Part shown: positions 13,213 through 25,105 of the stretch, piece by piece | Layout: each line of letters starts with the position of its first letter | Numbering within the stretch: position 1 is the first letter of the stretch | NCBI GenBank assembly: GCA_030324005.1 | Contig: JARDVH010000073.1 | Location: 48,823,502 to 48,887,501, forward strand | From: Negaprion brevirostris | Lineage: Eukaryota | Length of the DNA stretch: 64,000 nt | Direction of reading: 5' to 3' | Position numbers and translations under genes: made by a program | Notes under the pieces: generated by a model | What the model saw: only the letters and a program-made list of their open reading frames with translations | The model's database searches: none | What the model was told of the DNA's origin: nothing

Positions 13213-16075
13213 CCTTCTCTTAAGCAGTCCCTCAGAGTCGAGGTTGATTTACTTCCACACTAGAAGTGAGTTCTCAGGTGACTGAAGAGTCCAATGCGTG
13301 ATCTACAGTCTCTGTCCCAGGTGAGACGGACGGTAGTTGGAGGAGCAGATGGATGGGGTGCTTGGGTTGCCAAGCACTCCTTTCACTGTTGACACTTGGC
13401 TTCAGTTTGCTCTTGGCAATGAAACTTAGTGTTCAGCTCCTTCCTGCATTCTTGTCCTCCACTTTGGGTGACTTCAGCCGGGAATTCCCAGGTGTTGGTG
13501 GGAATGTTGCACTTTTTCAAGAAGGTTTTCAGGGTGTCCTTAAAGCTTTTCCTCTGCCCTCTTGGGGCTTGCTTTTCATGTCGAAGCTCTGAGTAAAGCG
13601 CTTGTTTTAGGAGTCTCATGTTCAACATGTGGAAAATGTGGCCTGTCCAATGGAGCTGATCATGCTGTGGCAGGTGCAGGTTGGTAGGGATTCTTTGTGT
13701 TACGCATGTTTAGTGTTGGGCCTATGCTGTCATAGCCTCGGTGAAGATGATGATGACGGCTTAGAACTCTGCTCCCAAGTGTGTGCTGACGCATGCATTG
13801 TCTGCATACTGTAGTTCATTGACAGAGGATAGGATGACCTTGAATCTGGTCTGCAGGTGGAGGAGGTTGAACAGATTCCTGTCTGTTCTGTAGTTTAGCA
13901 CCACCCCACTGGGGAGCTTGCTGAGGGTGGGATGGAGCATTGTGGCAACAAAGATCAAGAAGAGAGTTCAGGCGATGACACAGCCTTGTGTGACTCTGAT
14001 GCAAACATGAATAAGGTCTGTGGTGGACCTTTCGATCACAATCACTGCTTGCATTGTCAATGTGGAGCAGGCAGAGGATGTAGACAAACTTTTGGGGGCA
14101 GCTGAAATGCAGATGGATGCTCCATAATCCCTCATGATTGACAGTGTTGAAGACCTTTGTGAGGTCAACCGTCATGTACAAATGTTGGTGCTGTTCCCTG
14201 CATTTCTCGTGTCATTGCCACGTGATGAAGATCACATCACGAGCTGGTGGTGGGCAGCATGCTATAGGATGGAGTTGAGGACACTTGAGTTGAAGTCAGT
14301 CTCTCAGTTAAAGAGGTCTTTGAAGTGCTACTTCCAGCAGGTGCTGACTGGCTCTCTGTTCTTGAAAAGCACCTCTTCCTTCTTGGCCAGTTGTGGGGAG
14401 GGGCCTTAAAGGCTTGGGCCATCGGTGGTCTTAACTACACTAAAGAAACTTTACATGTCACGGTTGCCAGTTAACCACTGGTTCTTCTGCATTTTCGCCA
14501 CCCATCTGTTCTTTAGGTCATGGGATTTTTGCTGGACCTCAGCATACAGCTGTGTGTAGAGCTTCTTTCTTGCTCTTGAGTTGGGTTGCTGTTTCATGTT
14601 CAGAATGGCCTTGCAATTGCAGCTTATCAGTTCCTGGATCTTCTGGTTGTTCTCATCGAACCAGTATTGGTGATTCCTGGTTGTGTGACCAAGTGTCTCC
14701 ACACACACGTTGACTGAGGTGCTGTGGACACTCAGGATCACTGGGAATCATCAGGTTGGCAGTAGTTGGGCGCTGGTTGAAAACTGTAGAATCCCTACAA
14801 TGCAGAAGGAGGCCATTTGACCAATCAAGCCCACACCGACAACAATCCCACCCAGGCCCTATCCCTGTAACACCATGTATTTTCCTCCTGGTTCCCCTGA
14901 CAGGGTCAATTTAGCATGGCCAATCCACCTAATGTGCTCATCTTTGGAGTGCGGGAGGAAACTGGAACATCTGGAGGAAGCCTACACAGACCTGGGAGAA
15001 TGTGCAAACTCACATGGATTGTGAGCCGAGGCTGGAATTGAACCCAAATCCCTGCTGCTGGAAGCAGCAGTGCTAACCACTGTGCCCCTGAGCCATCCAA
15101 AACTGTTCTCTTATCAGGGTCTTTGAGTGCCTTAGTGTTGATTTTTCTGTGGCATTGTTTCTGTTGCTGTCACTGTTTTGGAGCTACATTGACGTTGATC
15201 ACAGAGTGGATTAGCCGGTGGCCAGCAGTCATTGGTTCCTGTCATAATGCGGGTGATGTGCACGACCTTGCAGTCCCTCACTTGGATGATAATGTAGTCA
15301 AGCAGGCCCAGTGTTTGGAGCAAGGGTGTTGCCATGAGGCATTGTACTTGGATCTCTGGTGGAACAAGACATCGGTTATGATGAGGCTGTATTCTCGGCA
15401 TTTTGTCAGGAGGACGGTACCGTTGATCTTGGATTTCACTACCTCCTCTCTGCCGAATACACCTCCCCAGAGTCCTGTGTCCTTTCCAACTCTTGTGTTG
15501 AAATCACCAAGGAGGATCAGCCTGTGGCCCAGTGGGACTTTGGCCACAGATTGTTCGAGGCCAAAATGAAATTCCTCTTTAGGCTTATCTGTGGCATACA
15601 TTCTGAAGACTGTCGCGTACTGGTTCTGGGCTAGGGTGAGCTGAAGGATCATGAAGTGTTCATTTATCTCACAAGGGGTGTCTCTGAGATGGTCAAATAG
15701 TTTGTTTTTAATGGCAAAGCCAAACCCATGGAGATGATCACCTTCTGCTTTACCTTTCCAGAACTAGGTGTAAGCGCCACCTTTTTCTTTTAAGTTGCTC
15801 TTCCTTGCCCACATGGTCTCACTCAGGGTGGCAGCGCCGTAACACCTGAGCTCCTGGGCAATAATAGTGTAAAAAGTCTGGTATCTTGTCTGCTTTCCTG
15901 CATCTCTGTAATAGTGTGCCATTCTGGTCTGTCACTGTTGTTCATGAGGGTCCTGGTGTTCCAGGTCCCAGACTTCATTTTAAGGAGTGAAAGGTGCCTG
16001 TGCCCGAGTTCACTGGGCTGCACTCCAGCTCAGAAAGCTAAGCTCTGCAGGTTAGTGAGGTCAGCAGTTGCAAGT
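13213..16075 (-). mobile_element. RTE-clade LINE, endonuclease to RT C-terminus, decayed and internally deleted
   Basis: Minus-strand ORF pieces in the expected order: GTWNTRTLM..DRPE (APE start), LILLGDFNTRVGKD..WQHPCSKHW, DLTKVFNTVNHEGLW, VTQGCVIA, ELQYADN, LLKQALYSEL..GQRKSFKDTLK. Confidence 0.9.
14788..15098 (-). mobile_element. HE1-type SINE inserted in the RTE LINE
   Basis: Full head, core and tail. Exact 8-bp TSD aaaactgt at 14780-14787 and 15099-15106. Confidence 0.9.
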
Positions 16076-16530
16076 GCNNNNTTTGTTTATAACACATGTG
16101 AACAACAAATTGTTGCAATAGGAAAGCAGAGTTTGCCCTAAAGTTTCAGCATAAACAGCTGATGTTCCCAAGCCTCTTTTAGATGAACTTTGAAATCCCG
16201 TGTAATTGTTTTCATCCATTGCTCCAAGCCCTAATGTGACCCCAGCCATTACGGGGGAGGGGGGAGAGCATAACCCTGTCGGGAGGACAGGAAAATAAAG
16301 TTGGACAACGGCAGCACAAAACACCTTTATAAAAGAGCAGGGTTCGTAGAAAATTAGCAGTTGGCTAAAGCACCTTTAGGAGCAATGTCTAGAGATGGAT
16401 AATTTAAATATTAAAAATTATTGCAGCCAGAAGATGAGAAAAGGGATTTGTATAATAGACATTGATCAGAGCAATAGTACAAAAATAAGTATTGTTCTAA
16501 CAGGAATTTCTGAATATTATTTTTGTTTAG

Positions 16531-16664
16531 GCTGCATAACCCTTATGAATGTCCTTATAATGGGAACAGGAAAAAAGACTGCGCTTGTAAAAACGATTAT
16601 CTTGCAGCAGGGCATACTGTGTTTCAGAGAATACGCTTCGATATCAGCACAATGCAGATTATCA
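16531..16664 (+). CDS. adamts20: ADAMTS20-like exon (GON domain)
   Basis: ttgtttag|GCTGCAT..ATTATCA|gtaagt; 134 nt; LHNPYECPYNGNRKKDCACKNDYLAAGHTVFQRIRFDISTMQII. Confidence 0.95.
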
Positions 16665-16814
16665 GTAAGTCCTTTCCTTATCTTGCTCAGGGCTGGATAA
16701 TATTCTTCATTGCACAAATTAGGGGAAGTTATCAATTTAATCGCCGTAATTGTAAAAGGGTGTAATGGACAGTGATGAGTCACAAGAGTAACCAATATTG
16801 CATCTATTAATAAC

Positions 16815-16920
16815 AAAAACAGAAAACATTGAAAAAACCTCAGCAAGTCTCTCCAGAGCACCCGTGGAGAGGGAATAGAGCCAGTGTTTCGATGCAGGAT
16901 GATCTTCGTCAGAGCTCCAG
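16815..16920 (-). mobile_element. Penelope-type terminal fragment with minimal hammerhead ribozyme core
   Basis: Minus strand reads gagct-CTGACGA-agatcatcctgcatc-GAAAC-act-ggctc. Confidence 0.65.
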
Positions 16921-18497
16921 TTAATAAGTCAATGTACTTTGTTATTTTTGTTGCTGCTATTTTGCACAGTGGATTTTTGGGTTGAGTTGATAGATGATGT
17001 GGTTATTGGTAACGACAAAAGATGGTGCATTAAGTAATGATTGCAGCAAATTTATGGAAGGAAATAGAAAAAAACTTGGGCCTAAATTTTTGGTCCCAGG
17101 TTGCAAGCTCCACAAATCAGACCCATTAGCTCTGCAAACCAGATCCAGAAAAAAGTGCCCCAGGAGTTGGGAGTTCCATTCCAGGCAGCAGATTTCTCTG
17201 GGAGTATGGTTGGGCAATGCTGGAATGAGTGTGGAGTCTGCCAGATGTAAAGGTGAGCTTGGCAGAAGGCCTGTCCTCATGCAACAGCTTTGGGGAGGCT
17301 CTCTCCCATTGTGAAAATCCAGCCCTTGCATCTTATTGTGCCTTTCACAACCTTAAAACTCACATCTAATAAGGTGCCTTTAGAAGTGTAGTCACTGTTA
17401 TAGGAAAGTGCAGCGGCCATTTTGGGTAAAGCAATATTCTATAAGCAGCAGTAAGATAATGACCAGGTAATCCACTTTGGTGATTTGAAAAAATAATTGT
17501 CCATTTGCCTTGCTTCATCTCTCTTTAATTTCAAGGTCTTGCTGAAGAACTGCCTCTGACCAGATCATTCATCATTTACTTTTATCTGGCTCAATGCTCT
17601 TAATTTTGAAAATCTCTTGGTGATATCCTTTTTACTCCCTCTGGATGCAGTTTTTCTTTCTAAATTCCTTTAGAATGTAAAGTGGGAAAAGAAGAGATTT
17701 TTTAAAAGCTACCTAACATATTCAGGTGATGAATTTATTTCAAAAGCACGATTTTTAATGGAAACAAGACTGATTTCACAGCTGTGCCAACAAAACATAT
17801 GTTGCCCATTCTTCCTGCCTTTCTTTCATTAGATCTGTAGGACCCTAACTTCTCATGGCAACGGGCTGTGCTTACCCACTGTAGCTTATATAACCTTAGC
17901 CACAGCAGTCTGTTTAAACATTGCTGCACCACAACATTGAGCAAACAAGCAGTGAAGCAGACCCTGCAAATAATATGTTATTCACTTGTTACACTAGCTT
18001 TGCAAAATTAATAATGGTTTCAAGATGGCTTTGAATTTACACAGATGAGACATTCCAAGAGTTGTACTCTGCTGTAATTTTATACCAAAGCAGCTAGTTC
18101 CATTAGTCAGATAAAATCTATTTAATCAGGCTGTTTTGAAATAAATAAAGCAAAAGGCTGAAGTTCTGTCAATTTAACATTATTGGGGGAAACAAGTTTT
18201 CTATAATTTTAGACCTGATGATGCATCAGTCCTCCATTTTATTACCTGATGGTCATTTTACCCTCCGAGTTTAATATTACTATTAACAAAAGACTCAAGG
18301 TAGAGGTTGTATGAACTTTTTCCATGTTGAGATTTTTCGGATGTGGAATACTCAGCAGAAAAAGTGGTGGTAAGCAGAATCCATAATACCTATAGTATAC
18401 AAAACCCAAATGCTGGAAAATGTGATTGGAATGGACAGGTGTTTAATGACCAGTGTGGACACAATGGATCTCAGGACCTCTGTGCTTAAAGCTCTAT

Positions 18498-19267
18498 GGC
18501 CATAATTCTACTGGCTCACCCTACCCATTGATGGGGAGGCCAAGGGCAATGGGGGTGCCCCTTGGGCAGTGCTATCCTGGCAATGCCCACCGGGCACTTT
18601 GGCACTGCTCATCGGGCAGTGGGACTTAGGAGACAAGGCTCATAATCGTGAGACCCATGGAGGCAGGCCAAAGAGGCAGAGCCTGAGGTGGGGGGAGGGG
18701 GGGGTGGCATGCTGCGCACTNNNNNNGCGGGGGGGGGGCGGGGGGGGTGGCATGCTGCGCACTCCACCTGTGATCGGATTGGGGGAAGGGGCCCTCTGCG
18801 ACTCTGCAGGTGAACAGGGACATGGGGAGGTGGTGCCCACTCTGTATCGTGACCGTTGGTGGGGGAGGGGATATCAGTCGGTCTGGGCGGTGGCAGGGGC
18901 TGCATATCGGGCAATGTGGGGCTTGCAATCGGCTGCAGGCCCCCCACCCCCAATTGCAGAGTGGGTGGGAGTTTGTTCAGGCTGTCTTCAGCAGCAGGGG
19001 CCTGATGGCTCGTTCTGTCTGTCAGACCTCGGCTATTGCTATTGGCTGTGTGCAGAATCAAAGGTCTGTGCATGTGCAATACCTCCCTCTGCAGGCTGGC
19101 TGGCGAATTAAGCTCAGCCCATTGCCTACAGCAGCTTGAACTGGTTTTGCCCATTTTTCCATGCACTGAGTGCCCAAGATTGGGCGCGAAAACAAAAAAA
19201 CATATCTGCAACTCTCCTATTTTCACATTAGTTGGACACTTAGAATCATTCTTGTAAAATTCCACCC
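18498..19267. mobile_element. GC-rich non-autonomous DNA transposon (Harbinger-like MITE)
   Basis: Ends are ggccataattctac and gtaaaattccaccc, with a G-rich interior and a gcatgtgca motif like that in other copies. Confidence 0.55.
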
Positions 19268-19807
19268 AATGACTCTCTGACCTTGGAAAAGGGATAAACA
19301 TTTGAAAAAGAAAAAAAAATGAGATTTGGAAGAGAACAGGGAAGAAATTAAATGAATAGTTGCTTCCAAAAAATAGCACAAATGCAAGGGCTAAATTATC
19401 TCTTCCCCACGAGGTTGATGGAGAAATCACTGATCCCCCTGTGTACTTGTTGAGTACAAGTTTCCCTGGTAGCAGGCAGTGACCTGCCCAGCTGGAGTAG
19501 AGAGGACTAATTGCATTATGATTCAGTGACTCCAAATTTGGGATTTTAAAAGGCTGTAGATTGAGAAGCCTGTTGTGGATGAAGTATTCCAGATTAATGA
19601 GGTTTTGGTTGAGTTAGAGTAGGTGACAATGTGACTTATTTTGATTTCAGTCTTGTGAGAGAAGAGCACCTATCATGAAAGAATAAATGGATATCATGGC
19701 AGGCAACAGATCTTCCTGTCCGTAAAGTCACCACTACTGTTAAAGTAGAAATAGAAAACAAAATGCATATATTGTGGAATATGTTTCTGACATCTCAATT
19801 TTTCCAG

Positions 19808-19899
19808 TTACAGACTTGCATTTTGCTCAGACAGTTCATGGAAGGGCAGTGCCATTTGCAACAGCAGGAGATTGTTATAGTGCTGCCAAGTGTCCCCAG
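19808..19899 (+). CDS. adamts20: ADAMTS20-like exon (GON domain)
   Basis: tttccag|TTACAGAC..CCCCAG|gtaagg; 92 nt; (I)[30 protein letters not shown]. Confidence 0.95.
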
Positions 19900-19935
19900 G
19901 TAAGGAATGATCTATCTGAATCAAATTTATATATC

Positions 19936-19957
19936 ATCTCTCTCTCTCTCTCTCTCT
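19936..19957. repeat. (CT)n microsatellite
   Basis: Direct reading. Confidence 0.9.
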
Positions 19958-20129
19958 TTCAGCCTTTCCACACTCTGATGGTGCATGGGTCAAACTTTTG
20001 TCTGTTTCAGTGGCTAATTATTCCTGGAACAAATGGCTAGTCTGTCATTAGGGGCTTATAGTTTATCACATCGTATCCAGCATAGCCATACACTCTCTTG
20101 TATATATGCGCATATGCGCACACATGCAC

Positions 20130-20238
20130 CCCACACAGACACTGAGAAGGCGCAAACTCCATGCAGATGGATATCCAGGCCGGAATCAAATCCAGGTCCC
20201 TGGTGCTGTGAGGCAGCAGTGCTAACCATCATGCCATC
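20130..20238 (-). mobile_element. HE1-type SINE head fragment
   Basis: ggtccctggtgctgtgaggcagcagtgctaaccatc is the reverse complement of the SINE tRNA-like head. Confidence 0.75.
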
Positions 20239-21317
20239 TATATACAATCCACTTTTCCAACTTAAAAGTGCCCAATTGTAGGATTAAGTATACATGTAAA
20301 ACCAAGAAAAATTGTCAGAAATTTACACAATGTGTTTTAATTCATCATTTCGTCACAATCAAGAACTAGTCACATTTTTTGGATGGGAGGAGAGTGGTGG
20401 CCAATATTCAGGTGTGATGACGCACTTAGCAAGCGTACCTCATTTCAGTTGATGCAAGAAGTAATCACACTAATTTTAACCCAGATTCTCCAGGTTGAAG
20501 CTGAAGAGTAAATGTTTGTAATAATTCACTTTAGTTATCAGATGAAGTGAAAGCTGAAGTTTGAAAAGCAAATATGTCCTTTTTATTAGTTATATTTTTG
20601 CATAGTTAGATCTATACCATTCCATGCAGAAAAAAATCTTGTAACAAATTATTTTGGAACATAAAAGTAACTTCAGCACTCAGTGCTGGAAGTAAATATA
20701 TATAGGAAATAATGGGCTAAAGTTTTTAGTGCTGATGCACTCTTCATTGAAAGCATGTAACTGCTAAATATACCTTAATCTTTAACACAGGAATCCACTC
20801 CCAGATTTTACAGCTTACACTACATATTGGGGCTGCTCTCAGCAGGGTTGATGCACACGGATGCCACAGGCCACAAACCCTGACAATCCCTTGGATGCAC
20901 AAATAACAATACTGTTTACTTGATAAAACAGATACTAAAAGGAGGGTTGACAGAGTTGTTCTTTATCTTTGTAACAAGAATGGTAAGACACCGTTGGGGC
21001 CTCTAATGAATGACAGGGATTTTGAGATTGCCAGTTTACTGCCTACAGGGCATGACCTAATGGAATTTACAGGTTGATGTCAGGTCAGCAAGTAAACACC
21101 CTCCAGCAGAAAGTGTCACTTTTGTCTGTTAAATAGAGCTTCCAGAAATACTTACGGCCAGGTTTCCAAATGACTACACGTTGACAAGCAGTTTTTGTAG
21201 GAAAATATTATTTATTAAGTGTATTTAGCATATCTCTCCCTTTTCTCTCTTAACTACTGACCAGTACTTGTAGATTAAATGGTATCAGCTCAATTTGATG
21301 ATATGGGAAAACATAAT

Positions 21318-21425
21318 GGCCAGATTTTATCACCCCGCCATGGTAATCAGAATGGGTGGGTGGTGGACAATGGAAAGGTCTGTTGACCTCGGGTGGGATT
21401 TTGCAGTTTCTGGACAATCCTGCCC
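21318..21425. mobile_element. Short MITE, same family as 2458-2586
   Basis: ggccagattttatc..atggaaaggtctgttgacctcgggtgggatttt..aatcctgccc. Confidence 0.6.
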
Positions 21426-22499
21426 GTAGTGTAGTAATTGGCATTAATTTATATAAATTTGCTGATTGCAAATTCAACAGCAACAACTTGTATTGCACCT
21501 TTAATGTAATGAAACATCCCAAGGTACTTCACAGGAGCATTACTAAACATATTTGCTTATTTTGTGAATGTCCTGTGTTTTTTCCCAAACGTGAAAGTAA
21601 GGCCACTTTGATTCTAAATGGGATAAAAACCCTTCGTTGTTAATACTATTAGATTTGACCCTGAGGATCTCAGCTGGAAACTGCTGAGAAAGTGGCTGTT
21701 TGAGTGTTTTCCCAGGCAGTCACAAATACCCTCACTTCTCATGTAGGTGCCTCTGAGAATGCCGTAATCTCTCAGTTGAATGCAAGGTTTGTTAAGGTAC
21801 CAGTTATGGTGTTCTGAACATTTCTCATCACATCTTGTCACAGAAAATCATGCATCCAGTTTACACAAATAGCTCAGTGACCAAACATGTTCCCCAAGTT
21901 AAGGTCAACTAACATCTTTAGAGAGCAAAAAGTTCATGTAAAAATCTGTGTAAATTTGTAGATAATCCCACCGTTTGGAGTGAAGCCAGTTTTATTTGGT
22001 ATACCACTTTTTTCCAGATGCTACTTTTTGGCAGTTGGGTTTATCTAAGAGCAATTGACAAGATCAACAACCCAACGTCATTCCATGGCAATGATCTGCA
22101 GCTTATGTTTTGTTACTTTCTACTCTGATTGTTGAAACAAAAGTATACCACGATCATGAGGACTGCGCAATTATTTCCACTGTTCTGTGTAACAATGAAG
22201 AAGCAACTTATCTTCCCCAATCATCTGGATTATCCTCTATGAAATAAAAAAAATCTCTGACAGTCCAGTTCACCGAATTGAATTGAATAAGTTACCTATG
22301 AGTCCAGATCTGGGCTGTTTAAAAACAAGAATCTGATAAATCCATTTTACTGCCTTTGCAGATTGGGCAAGGACAAATGGGTTTGTTTCTGTGTTCTATC
22401 TGACTACTTTACAGTCAGTCTGTGATCAAGTGATGTAGAACTGATTTAGTTTGTGTACAAATTTCTTCCTCACTGATTTAGGATTTTTATTTTGTGCAT

Positions 22500-22573
<74 letters not shown>
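22500..22573. other. Poly-G run next to an assembly gap (probable sequencing artefact)
   Basis: About 74 G immediately followed by a 100-N gap. Confidence 0.75.
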
Positions 22574-24264
22574 NNNNNNNNNNNNNNNNNNNNNNNNNNN
22601 NNNNNNNNNNNNNNNNNNNNNNNNNNNNNNNNNNNNNNNNNNNNNNNNNNNNNNNNNNNNNNNNNNNNNNNNNTGTGCAAAGCTTTCTGATCTCTGTCAT
22701 GTGCATTGTTAAGGCTGCTGTCTCACCACCACATCCATTGTTTGACTTGCTTTTTTTCATGGTGCTTAATTGCTAAGAGGCACATTCACATAATCCACAG
22801 CATGCTCAGTGTCCACTAGTGAAGAGCATTATTTATGCCTGCCTGCCCCCACATAAAGGTTTAACCCCATTGTGAAACAAACTCTTTCAAACCCTGCTTA
22901 CCTGCAGATAGCGGTTTCCATCATAATCAACAACATGCTGACTGAGCAGCAGATATGTGGGGCTCTCCTTAGATACACTTAGGCTGTCAGATCCCACACT
23001 TTCAAAGTAGAAATTTAGAGGGAACTGATGTGCTGGTAGTAAGGCTGATTCAAACAAGTTGGTAGCGTTAGCATCAGTTGTGAAGCTTCTGAGTCATTTG
23101 GTTTTGAACTGACCAAAATAAAGACATAAAGACTCTCTAGTTCTGATCACTTGGTTATAGATAGTGATCTTCCTTTGAAAATTAAAGGATGTGGATCACA
23201 ATACTTGCCCACAAAATGAAAGTGTAGCGATTTCTGCTCCTCTTCTGCATGGGTAATCATTCTGCAATTTTACCCATCCTTCGCTTGGTAACGTTGTGGT
23301 GTTCACACGTACAAAGGGCAAGAATCTCATCTCAATGTATTTGGAAAAATTTTCATGCTCCCTCACCATATTATCCCCACTCGCTGTATTTACAAACTTC
23401 ACCCCTGTGATGGCATGGTGAGGGTGGGGTGAAGATGCTGCTGNNNNNNNNNNNNNNNNNNNNNNNNNNNNNNNNNNNNNNNNNNNNNNNNNNNNNNNNN
23501 NNNNNNNNNNNNNNNNNNNNNNNNNNNNNNNNNNNNNNNNNNNNNNNNNNNNNGAATGGGGAGATGCCGAAGATGATCGATTGGGGGGGGGGGGGCGGTT
23601 GGTGGGGGTGCGAAGGGAGATGCTGATGATGATAGCAATAGGAAAGGAGGGGGATGTGTGATGAAGGTAGATGTTGCCCATGATTGTTTTGGCAGGGTAG
23701 AGCTCTGATACCTCCATGGTGGGTGGAGGGAATGTTATCAGATCCACCTTTAAAGATAGTGTGGCGATCTCTGTGGAATCAGCTTTGCTGGTGTCTTTAG
23801 GCCCAACCACTCAGTGATGCGTGAAACACATACTTGCCTTTTTTGACAAAGCGTCTTAAGATTTAGAGAGAAAACCTGCCTGTTTCTCTGGAGAGAAACA
23901 CTGATTTTTCAGTCAGATCCTGACACTGTGCCATGTTTTGGTAAAGATTCTGCCCAATAATTAGAAACGAATTATGAAATTTTGAAAACAGTGTGCAGGA
24001 AGGGAGATTCAAGCATGGTTGTGAAGTCCCAAATCCAAATTGATTCAGAGTTATTTTGGAATTTGAGAATTCAACAGTGAAGGATCCATAAAAATGCAAT
24101 TTACTTCAAAATTGTTCCTGAGTATTTCTCTCTATCTTGTGATAAGATTCTTTCAGGAATTCTAGTCTCAGTATCCCAAAATAGGAGAAACACACAAACT
24201 ATGCAGGCATGGATCAGGAGTTGGCCGTGAATTAACCCCCCTGCACAGCTCTCTACAGTAAGCA

Positions 24265-24757
24265 TGGGACATGGACGTCACTGGCTGGCCAGCATTTATT
24301 GCCTATCCCTGGTTGCCATTAGAGGGCAGTTGAGAGTCAACCACATTATTGTGGCTCTGGAATCACATGTAGGCCATACCAGGAAACGATGGCAGATTTC
24401 CTTCCCTGAAGGACATGCGTGAACCTGATGGGTTTTTCTGACAATCAACAATGGTTTCATGGTCATCAGTAGATTCTTCATTCCAGATATTTTTTATTGA
24501 ATTNNNNNNNNNNNNNNNNNNNNNNNNNNNNNNNNNNNNNNNNNNNNNNNNNNNNNNNNNNNNNNNNNNNNNNNNNNNNNNNNNNNNNNNNNNNNNNNNN
24601 NNNACAATCAACAATGGTTTCATGGTCATCAGTAGATTCTTAATTCCAGATTTTTTTATTGAAATCAAATTCCACCATCTGCTGTAGTGGGATTCGAACT
24701 CATGACCCCAGAAAATTAGCTAAATTTCTGGATTAATACCACAAAGCCATCACCTCC
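24265..24757 (-). mobile_element. tRNA-derived SINE sharing its 3' tail with the LINE family at 48465 and 59770
   Basis: Minus-strand head with B box gagttcgaatccc and tail ggcaataaatgctggccagccagtgacgtcca. Another partial copy lies at 63145-63316. Confidence 0.75.
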
Positions 24758-25000
24758 ACTATAAGTGCTGATTTAAAAGATGGATTTCTAACAAAGAAAC
24801 TATATAAAAGAGTCCAATTTTTAAAGAATTACCATTGTTTGGGACACTTTATCCTGATTAAAATGCCTTTGAGGAAGACTAAAAATGTTGGGTGATTTTT
24901 AAGCAAAGGATTAAAAGTGTTATTATTCAGTTCATTTAGCAGCTGCTTCATTTACGTTCTCATTACATTGAAACATTCTTATTTTATTGATGCTTTTCAG

Positions 25001-25105
25001 GGACAATTCAGCATCAACTTAAGTGGAACTGGACTGAAGATATCAGAAGAATCAAAATGGATTGCACAGGGAAACTATGCTACAGTCAATGTGCACAGGT
25101 CACAG
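25001..25105 (+). CDS. adamts20: ADAMTS20-like exon (GON domain)
   Basis: cttttcag|GGACAATTC..TCACAG|gtatgt; 105 nt; GQFSINLSGTGLKISEESKWIAQGNYATVNVHRSQ. Confidence 0.95.

Noticed and set aside
18609-19535. Longest gap-poor ORF (308 aa, minus strand) and overlapping ORFs
   Set aside because: It lies mostly in a GC-rich MITE, crosses an N gap, is low-complexity and has no recognisable domain.
22426-22776. Poly-Gly/poly-Pro ORFs
   Set aside because: They are translations of the poly-G run and N gap.
22890-23430. Possible antisense exon ending ctgcag|gtaagc, and ORF 23196-23810
   Set aside because: No recognisable protein similarity and no partner exons; the ORF crosses a gap and a MITE.
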